Positions 1 through 9,865 of a stretch of 34,082 nt of DNA are shown here, piece by piece (the first letter of the stretch is position 1; every line of letters begins with the position of its first letter). Made by a program: the position numbers and the translations under genes. The notes below the pieces were generated by a model. That model was given only the letters and a program-made list of their open reading frames with translations. It did not search any database and had not been told where the DNA came from. Source of the DNA: Callorhinchus milii (lineage: Eukaryota); the NCBI RefSeq assembly GCF_018977255.1, contig NW_024705569.1:1-34082 (forward strand), in the 5' to 3' direction.

Positions 1-261
1 TGGAGAGACGTTGTTGTTGACATTTTGCTCCTCCGTGAAACCGAGACGGTGACCAGCTGTCATGCAGATCAGGAGAGACGAGCACAATTGATAATTTTAG
101 AATATTATATTTTTGTTCAATTCGATTTAAACGGGAAAAAGCAACGGATGCAGTGTCAGGTGAATGAAGGGAGGCTTTTTAGCTGGGCGGTTGTGACGAC
201 ACACCTCCGATTAGCGCGGTTGGCTATGTACGGTGCCAAAAAGTTCTACATACATACATAA

Positions 262-395
262 CACCTGTGTCACTTTACAGCAAAGGGCCTGTGTTGGATT
301 CCCGACTCGGGTGCCTTCCTGTGTGGAGTTTGTATGTTCTCTCCCATGTGCTGCATGGGTTTCTTCCGGATTCCCCAGTTTCATCCCATAGCTAA
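262..395 (+). mobile_element. V-domain SINE fragment
   Basis: tgtgtggagtttgtatgttctc...tgggtttcttccggattccccagtttcatcccata matches the V-SINE central domain pattern. Confidence 0.7.
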
Positions 396-799
396 AAGTA
401 CAGTGTAAACATAATCGGTTAAACTGAATACTTAAATATTACCTGCAAAACACTCAATTGGAATTGCACGTATAAATCATAGCTCCCTGCTGGCATATCA
501 AAGCCTCAGGTCACATGACAGGCCACTCTTCAAATGAGACTTCCCTTGTCTCTTGAGTTCTTACCTGGTTAAACAACATAAACTTTAACTGGAACTCACA
601 CTAACTGGCATGGTGAAGTATGGTCATATAAACCCCCAATGTGACATGGGAACGTTCCCATCCAGCAGTGGAATGATGCGCACCACATTGGCAGTGTCTC
701 GGGTGGCGACGTTACGGATGGTAGCAGCGTGGACAATCGAGCGATCTGTTGATTTCGATTCTCAATCTCGTCTTGGCATTCCATTTACGATCGTTTCAG

Positions 800-925
800 C
801 TCATGTCCCTGAAGTCGGAGAGGGAGTCTTCGAACCAGGCGTCGATGGAGGAGATGCGACGCCGCTACGAGTCGCAGCTCGCTGACCAGGCCGCCGAGAG
901 GGACAGGGAGGTGTCCAGCATGAAG
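800..925 (+). CDS. Internal exon of a coiled-coil protein gene (tentatively POF1B-like): LMSLKSERESSNQASMEEMRRRYESQLADQAAERDREVSSMK
   Basis: Acceptor tcgtttcag|, donor AAG|gtgat, 126 nt, phase 0/0, GC3-rich codons, E/Q/R-rich heptad-like peptide. Confidence 0.8.
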
Positions 926-1960
926 GTGATATAGAGGTCACGGGTCAGGGGTATTGAGACAAGGACCTGGCAAAAACACGGCTCAAACGACGCAAACGTT
1001 TCTATGAACTGGAATTCGTCCTGCAGCGGGGGTGGGGTGGGGGGGAACCCAGGGCCCATGGGTAACACACGGCCAACAGCTTCACATCACACGTTCTGTG
1101 CGTGGTCACGTGAGGCCTACCACTTGAAAAGGGCCCACAGGAAATATTTCCACCACTGCGAGCATCTTAGCTGCAGCGGGTGGACATCAGAAGTGGGCAG
1201 TATTTGTTGAGCTGCCAAAACTGCGCCGCTGATTTTGTCGCGCTTCGTTCACTTCCGTCGCTGCAACGGCCTCTTGCCGTTACCCCGTCAATCCTATTCA
1301 GCTCTTTGGCTTCTCACGACGTGACTTATTTTGAACGAGTATTCAGAGTAATCTGTCCGAGACAACTTGCGTGTTTTGCCCGATCCCGATTCCCTTTCAT
1401 TACATCGCTTTGGCCACTTTGTGACAGCAGGGGTCGCACACGGCGAGCGAGTCTCTAATCCTGCTCTCTTGAAGTCTCACCTGCCTGCTTCAACAAAATG
1501 AACGTGAAACGTGATACATGATATGTTTGAATGAGATGGAATTGGAACAATAAAGGCTTAATCCAGCAAAATAGTTTTACATTGAAAAGATCCCCGTATA
1601 AAATAATTGCAGTCACGATGTCGCATTCCGCTTAGTCAGAGTCGTTTGCAACGAGCGTAGGAGTGGTGAGTCCGTGCGTGTAGACGCCATCAGCTAAACG
1701 CGATTCTCCATTCTCACGAAGGCCTTGATTAAAACGGTACCGACTGTGCGCCCAATCTTGACCTGGTGAGAGAAGAGACGGCTTCTCTGTCATTGTCAGT
1801 GCTTTGGATTCACCACTCTGGGAATTATTTAAATTATACGCCACATCACATCTCACCTTATTTTGTCCACATTTTTTAGGAAGCTGTTCATAGGATCATG
1901 GAAATATAGGGTCCAATAATAAAGGGTTATTGTGGATGGAGGGTATACCTTGTTCCTCGC

Positions 1961-2013
1961 AACCAAAAGAACCAAAGAGTATGGATTCCTGCAGTCACGA
2001 AAGTTTCAAATCA
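1961..2013 (+). mobile_element. Penelope-like element 3' terminus fragment
   Basis: aaagaaccaaagagtatggattcctgcagtcacgaaagtttcaaatc, the same terminus as at 7284-7316, 17260-17310 and 20138-20190(-). Confidence 0.6.
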
Positions 2014-2334
2014 AGACTAGAGGGGGAGAATTTAATAATGATTGAAGGAATTGAGCCATGTGGCTCTGCGAGCTCAGCCTCCACTACTTGTGTCTCAGTG
2101 CTCCCTCACTGTGGCTGGACAGAGGTGGAGGGATTTAAGAGACCCGTCCCGTTGTTTTAACTCCCTTGCCGAGAGTTCCAACCGACAGCCTCTGGATTAC
2201 GAGCCCAGAGTGCTTTGCTGTCGCACTCGGCCAGCCTGGGGACTATCGTGATGGGAGCAAAGATGTGGATGATGCTTGGTTGCGTGCACGTTTGTGTGTG
2301 CGTGTGTGTGTGTGCGTGCGTGTTTGTGTCGATG

Positions 2335-2640
2335 GGTGGAGAGCGGTTATGTGCAACTATAGTGTGCACACAAACCCGGCGACCCGAGTTTTATTTAGAT
2401 TCCTGCTCACAGTTAACACCAATGACGATTATCTGAACCGATCCTGTGCCTTCCTAGGTCACTCGGCCTCAAATTAGTACCTAGTGGTGCGTAAAACATC
2501 GCCACTGGGGAGACAAAGGCTGATAGGCGTGGTGCTGGCCACCCACCCCTTCGTGTGCCGTGTCGGCCTTCATAGGTGCTTGCTAATAGCACTTGCCCCT
2601 ACAGTCTGTTAATGCTAAACCGGGATCTTTGTCTTTGTGT
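2335..2640 (+). mobile_element. tRNA-derived SINE, family A (degenerate)
   Basis: Shares aaacatcgccactgggagacaaaggc...ccacccacccc...cacttgcc...acagtctgttaa...ggatctttgtc with the copy at 19032-19335. Confidence 0.75.
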
Positions 2641-2734
2641 TGCTGAGTGGACAGCGGAAGTGTAGCGGTTATCGCATTGCGCAATGAACCGGCAACCCAG
2701 TTCAATTCCCGCTCACGGCCGCCACCAGTGACGA

Positions 2735-3022
2735 TCATTTGAACCTGTCCTGGTCCTCCCCTAGGTCGACTCAGATTCAAATGAGTACTTGATGTGATAT
2801 GTAAACATCGCCACTGCGGAGGCAAAGGCGGCCGGGCGTGGCGTTGCCCAGCCACCCCTCGTGTGCCGTGCCGACTTTCATAAGGACATTTCCCGGACGT
2901 CTGTGAAAAAGAGCTTCATAGCTCATCGGATTTCTCCCAGGAGAAATAAGATTCTGAGAGATGCTCGCTTAACAGCACTTGCTCTGACAGTCTGTTAAAA
3001 GGTGGGGGGGGATCTTTGTCTT
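2735..3022 (+). mobile_element. tRNA-derived SINE, family A; its 3' tail abuts the exon at 3029
   Basis: gtcgactcagattcaaatgagtac...aaacatcgccactgcgga...acagtctgttaa...gatctttgtc. Confidence 0.75.
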
Positions 3023-3028
3023 GTGCAG

Positions 3029-3147
3029 ATGAGGATCGAGAGCTTCCAGCAGCAGAGCCAGAGCTCGAGCCAGGGCAGTGACCAGCGCCTGGCGGAGCTG
3101 CAGCGCACAATCTCCAGCAGGAGCAGATCATCGCCACACTCCGCGAG
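3029..3147 (+). CDS. Internal exon of the same gene with an apparent 1-nt deletion: MRIESFQQQSQSSSQGSDQRLAELQRTIS/QQEQIIATLRE
   Basis: Acceptor tttgtcttgtgcag|, donor GAG|gtgac. Length 119 nt; restoring one C in atctccagcag (~3110-3120) gives 120 nt, phase 0/0, in frame with both neighbouring exons. Confidence 0.75.
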
Positions 3148-3659
3148 GTGACACATGGTCCATTTCTTTCGCACTACATGTCCGTTGTCAAAATAAGAAC
3201 AGGTGTTTGCCCTTTCTAGAAAAAAAGGAGTTGTGTTAAGATGTTAAAAACCTTTTGCAAGGAATCAAGTCTGCATTAAACCACACGTACTTGTGGTGAA
3301 CATGCAAACAAACATGCTCTGAATATATCATTGACACTCCATATATCATCAGAGCATGTTTTTGGTTGCTTCTGAAAAAGGCATCTATTTGGTATTTGAA
3401 CACCTTAACACCTATTTAATTGCCAGAAAGGTTAAAACCTATTCTCATATTTAAAACTTTGATACAAGCAAAGATATGTGCCGTAGATGTCTCCGTTGTT
3501 GTCTTCTCCACCGTTTATTTTCTATTTTCCACCCGATCGTACTGGGTGGCCATCGCGTCACGGAGCAGTAGTGGAGCAGGATGTGACCATGCTGTTTGGA
3601 AGAGAAAAAAAAGTAACGTTGATTTTGTTTGACCCAGTGGGAATGCAAGAGACCCAAGG

Positions 3660-4330
3660 GGAAAGTCTCATTTGCGATTGGCCCGGGGCGTTAGTCCGCC
3701 AGTTGGGGCGACGATTACCGCTTCCTACAATCCCAGTTGAGTCATTTGCGGTGTAAATTTTTTAATTTGGTAAATGTGGACTCTGAAGCTGGTGGCACAC
3801 AATGGCCTGCTCTTGCGAATGACGTAGGGGGGTCGTGAACGTCCACTTTGAGCGATGCTGGTGGTGGCTGGAATAATTCCGGCAATTACTAATTCCTGTC
3901 CGCATCCTTAAACCCTTAACTATCCTCCACCTTCCCCTTCCTAACCTCGCCATCCTCTCCCTTTCCCTATCATCACGCTCCCTTACCCCCCCCCCTTCTC
4001 CTCCCTAACCTTGCCCTTCTCTTTTCCTATCATTACCCTTCCTTGCCTGCCCTTCCCCTCCCCAACACTCAAACTCCAACCCTTTTCCCCATCAGCCAAT
4101 TTTAATGTAAAATGTATCATTCTTGTCAAGTGCTTTGACACAAATGCAACGTAAAATCCGAGATAATATGAGAAATACACACCGCAGTAATAATTATTAC
4201 TGGTAACTATTACTGCGGTAAGTATTAGTAATTATTACTGCCCGCCCTAATAATAATTAGAGCGGGCCGCTGGATTCGAACCACGAAGCTCCACAACAAG
4301 TGGCGAATGCACTGCTTGTGAGGCCATATC
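3660..4330 (-). mobile_element. tRNA-derived SINE, family B, interrupted by a pyrimidine-rich low-complexity tract (~3920-4090)
   Basis: Minus-strand B box (ggttcgaatcc, ~4272-4282). 3665-3785 and 4250-4330 align with 8980-9100 and 9205-9285. Confidence 0.55.
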
Positions 4331-4389
4331 AATGCCCTGTAGAAGCGGATATCACAAAGCTACCTCCACCAATCACAAAGTAGTCCCGC

Positions 4390-4495
4390 AGCTGCCTATG
4401 ACAACCTACCATGCATGGTGATCGCCCACTTTCCAGGCTCAACTTCGCTTGACGTCCGAGATGTGATGAGATTCAGTGCATTGCAGGTGATTTAA
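4390..4495 (-). mobile_element. 5S rRNA-derived SINE head or degenerate 5S pseudogene
   Basis: Reverse complement reads atctcggacgtcaagcgaagttgagcctgg...tgggcgatcacc...gtcataggcagc, collinear with 5S rRNA. Confidence 0.55.
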
Positions 4496-4834
4496 TTATT
4501 GGACATTGCTCTATTAAGACAATGGGATGGCCAAAAATAATATTATAATAAATTATAAACAAAACAGAACTTAAAGAGACAAAGAAAACGTAATTCTTCA
4601 ACTGAATCATGGCTCCAAATCATGCTACTAATTACTCTTGTGAATTGCCGGAGAGGTGGATGTTTACAGAGACTCAAGATTCTCTTTCCGGAAGGGTCCT
4701 GCGAAGTTTTTTGAGTGGAGGGAAACGATATTGCCACTGCTCTCTGCGATCCTGATTAAGTAATTTTTCAGGAATTTTTCACCATTCAGATATTTTGGCC
4801 AATACCGGTTACACTGTGCAATTATTTTAGTTAT

Positions 4835-4983
4835 GAGAGGAAACAAGGAGAAACCTTCGGAAATCCATGCAGAACAGGGGGAAAACATACAAACACAGAG
4901 GGGCGTCCGAGTCAGAAAACGAACCCGGGTGCTTCTTGCTCGCGTGGCGCAAGTGTTACCATGACGTTGCTACCCTGCCGCCC
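4835..4983 (-). mobile_element. V-domain SINE (reverse orientation)
   Basis: ggaaac..ggagaaacc..ggaaatccatgcagaacagggggaaaacatacaaac, then a tRNA-like head ending accctgccgccc. Confidence 0.6.
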
Positions 4984-5019
4984 GACATGTGTGAACTTGT
5001 GTGTCTGTGTGTGCAGAGG

Positions 5020-5082
5020 AGGTGCTCGCTAACAACACTTGCCTCAACAGTCTGTTAAACCTCAACGGGGGATCTTTGTCTG
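5020..5082 (+). mobile_element. Family A SINE 3' tail abutting the exon at 5090
   Basis: aacaacacttgcctcaacagtctgttaaac...gggatctttgtc. Confidence 0.65.
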
Positions 5083-5089
5083 TGCACAG

Positions 5090-5166
5090 GAGATGGAGAG
5101 GTTAAGGATGTCCATGAGCCAAAGGTCGTCCACGCAGTCGTCCACCGTGGTGAACACCACCGTCAA
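5090..5166 (+). CDS. Internal exon of the same gene: EMERLRMSMSQRSSTQSSTVVNTTVK
   Basis: Acceptor tctttgtctgtgcacag|, donor CAA|gtaagg, 77 nt, phase 0/2. Confidence 0.8.
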
Positions 5167-5211
5167 GTAAGGGCCCCAAGGCTCCTGCAGCGAGTGCCAA
5201 TTAAATATAAT

Positions 5212-5375
5212 GGGTGCCACAGCGTCGAGATGTTGTCTCCCTCGCCTGGTATGCAGGCGGTGGTGGGTTTGATCCTGACCCTGACGCCTGCTGTATAGTT
5301 GGTGTTTGAGTGTCTCTCTCTCGCCGTGGTCGTGTGAATTTTTCCGCGGGTCCTCTGGTTTGTCCCTCCACATTT
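5212..5375 (+). mobile_element. Degenerate V-domain SINE
   Basis: B-box-like gggtttgatcc and V-domain-like tttttccgcgggtcctctggtttgtccctcccaca. Confidence 0.5.
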
Positions 5376-5950
5376 AGAATCGTGCATTAAAGGATTTGGT
5401 GGCCGTGCATTTCCACATGATACGCCACTTCATTGAGCTATCCTTTGTGTCCACATCACTTGTGAATAAGTGATATTTAAAAAATACTTTTTTTACAACA
5501 CGCTTTAATTAAATGTACCCTACTCGTAATGGCAGAAATCCACGACTCCAGGAAGTGGCCGCAAAGCTTGCCATAACGTAAGGGGCCGTGGTGATTTACA
5601 GCCAACGTCAGTTGAGCGTGGACAATTAGACCCAAGCCGAAACATAACGTTCAAAAATAATGGGGTTTTTAATGATAGAATTCATCAGTATGACTTAAGT
5701 ATACGAAGTTTGCAGTCGATACCACATTGGGAAGTGGGTTAAAATTGAGTTACAAGATTTGAGGATATGACGACAACAACAGACAGCGTGAGTTAAATAA
5801 AAGTGTGTAAAAAGAGCGATGTAGCTCAGTTGAGGCCTTACCTGATAAAATAATAAATAGTTTAGTTTTTAGTTTCGTGTGACCTCGGCCGCTCGGACCG
5901 AACCCCACGAGCGCCGTCCTCCTCTCCGTGACCGCCGCTCTTTCTTGCAG

Positions 5951-6026
5951 GCGGGAGACGGAGTACCCGTATCTGCGCCTGGTGCCCACGTACGGAGAGT
6001 GCGTGTACAGCAACTACTCCGTGCAG
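5951..6026 (+). CDS. Exon of the same gene: (K)RETEYPYLRLVPTYGECVYSNYSVQ, resembling my recollection of the POF1B C-terminal motif KYRTQYPILGLL
   Basis: Acceptor ctctttcttgcag|, donor CAG|gtgaga, 76 nt, phase 2/0, matching the previous exon. The POF1B identity is from memory and unverified. Confidence 0.75.
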
Positions 6027-6134
6027 GTGAGAGTCCCCCCCACCCCCACTCTCCCCTACTCCCCCACGATGGTTCAATGTGGGGCTGGGGGTCTTCTTGT
6101 TGGAGCTCCTTCCTCTGTGTGTGTCTGTATGTAT

Positions 6135-6262
6135 GTGTAAACATTGCCACTCGGGAGACAAAGCAGGTCGGGTGTGGTGCTGGCCACCCACCCCCTCGTG
6201 TGCTATGCCGGCCTTCATATTTTCCCACAAACAGCACTTGCCCCAACAGTCTGTTTAGGCTA
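6135..6262 (+). mobile_element. Family A SINE, 3' half
   Basis: tgtaaacattgccactcgggagacaaagc...ggccacccaccccctcgtgtgc...aacagcacttgccccaacagtctgtttagg. Confidence 0.7.
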
Positions 6263-7197
6263 CACATCAGCATCGTTGTCAAGCTTCTGTCTGAGAACAG
6301 ATGGTTGCAACAGGGGCATATTTTGGAGGTCGCTGAGTGCCTCTCCTGCGCAGAAGCTGCGAGATCTGGCCAAGCGTAGAGAACGTTGGCCGCGAGGTGC
6401 AGCGGTGGCGTCTGCGGCTTTGGCCACGATGACGTCTCGATCTTTGGCCTTTCCCCCGACCCCTTCCGCAGAACGCCGGACACCACGGAGACAGCAGAGT
6501 CGCGAGCGAGAAGGCAACCAAGACCGTCCGATTTGCGTAATCCGAGAGAATCTTCTAAAGAGGAAACGCATGGTGCCACGTCCACACGCGGGAGCGCAGA
6601 CTCACCAGGAAATAACTTGCCCCAATGGTCAGCAACCAGTACATCAACTGGGCATGTATGGGTAACCCTCTACAGACAACAACAACAACGGATGCCAATT
6701 GCCCGCTAAGTGATGGGATGTCACCACGGCGTTTGTGCGAGGCTTAGTGCACTTTGAAGCCATCGCGTGAAGTGTCAAGGCTTGCTGTGGCAGACCCATA
6801 ACACCTGGGTCTGTTCCCAGGTGTTAATGGGTTAATTCTACAAATGAGCACACGGAGCTATGCACTCAAATGCATGCACACGTCCTCGCGCGCACACACA
6901 CGGATGCACAGGTTGCTGGCCAATGTCACTCTTCAACGTGAACAGAAGCACCGCAATGCTTTTGGTGCAGGTTAATTGGGTTTGGGTTTCTGAATTTTCT
7001 TAATTATTCTTTTTATTTAGCTTTTTGTACACTTTAATGTGTTAACAAAAAAGAATTCATTTTTTTATTTGTTACTGTTTAGTAGTTTAGTCAAAGAATA
7101 ACATCATTTTGGGGAAACTGAATGTCAGGTAGTGGCGACGCATTCAATGGCACTTGGATTATCTCAGTGGCTACGTACGGCGCGAAGGAAGCTCAAC

Positions 7198-7316
7198 TTA
7201 GGTTTTTTTGGTAAAGTCACGTAGGTAAAACATTAAAATGAATAAAAGTAAAATCAAATTTTTATTTTATTTTTCTAAGAATATGAATCCTTGCAGTCAC
7301 GAAAGCTTCAAATCTA
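7198..7316 (+). mobile_element. Short Penelope-like terminal insertion (inverted piece plus 3' tail) with a 14-bp TSD
   Basis: TSD gaaggaagctcaac at 7184-7197 and 7317-7330; ggtaaagtcacgtag inverted end and ctgcagtcacgaaagcttcaaatc-type tail. Confidence 0.7.
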
Positions 7317-7689
7317 GAAGGAAGCTCAACGTGGGTATACAATTCTACACTCCCGCCAGCTACACCGTCTCGTTCATCCCAACCTCGGGGTGGAGGGTTG
7401 GCACCGGATTCGGACGCGGAGAGAACTTCGCACCCCCACGGCCTGCACAGTACCCAGTGGCACGAACCACGAGTCCTGCTCCCCGTGCATTACGCCAATG
7501 CCTACACTGCACTCATTGTTGGGGGGGGGGCTATTTGACCATACTTTACCATGCTGGTTCGTGCGGGTTGTCTAAAGGCAGGGAGGCATAGACGTGAGGG
7601 CACAGTAGCGGTACGATTGATGCTGCTGTGCCGCCACACCTCTGGCTGCACACACTCAGCGTAGCTTGTGACAAATGGCCCGGAATAGG

Positions 7690-7778
7690 TGCGCGATCTC
7701 AGGAGCTAAGCAGGTTGAGCCTGGCTAGCGCTAGGATGGGCGACCACCGTGCATTAAACAGGTGTCACAGGCTGCGGT
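7690..7778 (+). mobile_element. 5S rRNA-derived SINE head or 5S pseudogene fragment
   Basis: gatctcaggagctaagcaggttgagcctggctagcgctaggatgggcgacc follows the 5S internal control region (box A agctaagc, box C ggatggg). Confidence 0.65.
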
Positions 7779-8805
7779 GTGGAGATGCGTGTGGCGTGAC
7801 CAACGTGTGTTGAGAAATACGTTAATAAATAACACGGGCCCGTTCGCTAATTTTCTAGATTATTTTTAAAACCCACATTGTCTACGTTTTTAATAGTGTA
7901 ATGAAATCCATGCGTTTTTAGCGCTTTACTGAATGAATGCTACTGTAATGATGTAGTCAATCATTTATCTCAGAAGACATGGAGGACCCTGCAATGGAAT
8001 ATTTGGCGAATTACATTAAGGAGTGTTGGTCGTGTCGAATGGAAAACAGGATTACCCATAAAAAAAACCGCGCAAGAAGGGAGTAGCAATCAAAGGCCCA
8101 CGCAGATAGAATCCAGAATTTGTATTGCCATTGCTGGTCACCTCACAGCCCAAGTCTTACAACACCTGGCATTCAGTCACCCACAAGATTATCCCAGGCG
8201 GTGGTGGTTATACAATGGCTATAACCTAGTCTGGGAAAACTAGACGAAAGACCCATGATCAGGGGAGAGACAATAACTGACCACACGTCGGAGGGGTGTC
8301 TGTACACAGATTGTCCTTGGCAAAAAACAGGCTTACGTGGCTGTGGAGACCACTTTCGAGGACAATGTTTGAGCTGTGACTTCGTAACCCTTTCGAGGAC
8401 TTTTCAAGCTATATTTGAGATGCAATGGACATTTTCAAAAATGTCAGGGCCTAGCATTAAAGACTGAGGAATCGGAGATACCAGCAGCAGTCTTGAGGGT
8501 ATTAGAAATGCTGAAGGCATTGACGGTGGCATGAATTGAAGCCCCGTTAATGAAAGGGGGACACGTTGAGATATGAGTTTATGGGTAGAGAAGACAGGAT
8601 AGAAAATATTTTTTTTATTGATTTGTAGAATTAGTACATGCTACTTTTTAGCAAAGTAGTTTGCCCACCCCTGTGCAGTAGCGCACTACGATGAGCTACA
8701 AAGTCTTAACACGATTCAGCATTTACTTACTTGTACCTCTTTTCCACTGTAGACTTGAGCTTCGACAGAGCAAAGCCAGCCAGGCTGTTGTTTTTTCCAT
8801 GACAG

Positions 8806-8850
8806 AATCCGAGCCGGGCTGTTGACGTCACACGGAATTTACTATGTTGA
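8806..8850 (+). CDS. Possible terminal coding exon of the coiled-coil gene (NPSRAVDVTRNLLC*)
   Basis: Acceptor ttttttccatgacag| in phase 0. An alternative acceptor at 8752 would give T-stop. The sequence alone cannot distinguish them. Confidence 0.25.
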   Translation, partial: NPSRAVDVTRNLLC

Positions 8851-8979
8851 GTCGCATGTAGATGACGCGGTGACACTGTCCTCACGGCGTACTAACTGAC
8901 GTCACACACGATGAACAAATCATTTGCGCTGGCCCTGTTTGGCCATGTATTTTACTCGGTGAGAGCAAGAGGCCAGAAT

Positions 8980-9285
8980 GAGTCTCATTTGCAACCATGA
9001 TCTGGGGGAATCATTCCGCCAAAATGGAGCAATTATCCCTTTGCATCGTCCTAAATGAGTAATTTGCGGGTACTTTTTGGCATTTCGCAGATTTGGACCC
9101 TAATGCCCACACACGTTGGGCCACCCTTGTTACTCGCATCAGGGGATATTCAACGTCCATTTAAGCAGAGAGCATGGTATTATTGCGTTTGTTACACCGG
9201 CATTATAATAATCGGGGCGGCTGGTTGATTCGAACCTCGAACTTCTGCAACAAGCGGCGAACAAGCTACTGGAAGGGCCACGTCC
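8980..9285 (-). mobile_element. tRNA-derived SINE, family B
   Basis: B box (ttcgaacc on + at ~9229-9236); homologous to 3665-3785 and 4250-4330. Confidence 0.5.
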
Positions 9286-9865
9286 ATCGCATCAAGTTCT
9301 CCAAGAACGTATCGTGAGGCTCGCGTACCGCTGCTCGGTTCTGGCTCTGCTCAGCAAATGGCTAGTGGAAAAAACCATCCAAATACGGCGGCCAACTAAT
9401 ATCGCCAGTGGAAAGAGGGGTATGGTAATTAACACTGGGTTTTGTACACGGGTGGTGAGGAAAATGGTTTAAGTATGTGGACACGCGCGCGCTCGTTATG
9501 CTCTGCTTTAGTACTTGCACGCTGCATGCCTGGCGAGGTGGAGGTTCGACGAGTTTGTAAGGGAGGTGTCGGGGTGTTTTCCGTCCATTTGGCAGCGATT
9601 GTCAACACGCTGTTCATGTAACTTGGCCAAAATAAACAGAAGTCTGCATGCATCTTTAATTAGCCTGCTCTTCATTTACTTGACCACGACAGTTCCCAAT
9701 ACCAGCGGCCTGCGTATGCACAGTGAGAACTGGGAACTGTTAGGACTGCGGAAGACGTTCCATTGAAACTTCAGCATGAATCCAAGTCGACTAAGTGGGC
9801 TCAGGGGCTCATACCATGTACTGCAGCTCCCAAGATGTCTCTTTGGCACACCGAACCCTGTGGCC

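Noticed and set aside
5869..6709. 238-aa minus-strand and 166/173-aa plus-strand ORFs
   Set aside because: They run across a real exon, an intron and a SINE; GC-rich chance ORFs
6794..6832. Short hairpin acccataacacctggg/cccaggtgttaatgggt, and a similar one at 4181-4219
   Set aside because: Isolated, with no TSD or second copy; cannot be assigned
7690..7778. Functional 5S rRNA gene
   Set aside because: Partial and diverged, with no oligo-T terminator
8823..8904. Another pair of TGACGTCA sites (also one at ~24049)
   Set aside because: No supporting promoter context or downstream exon
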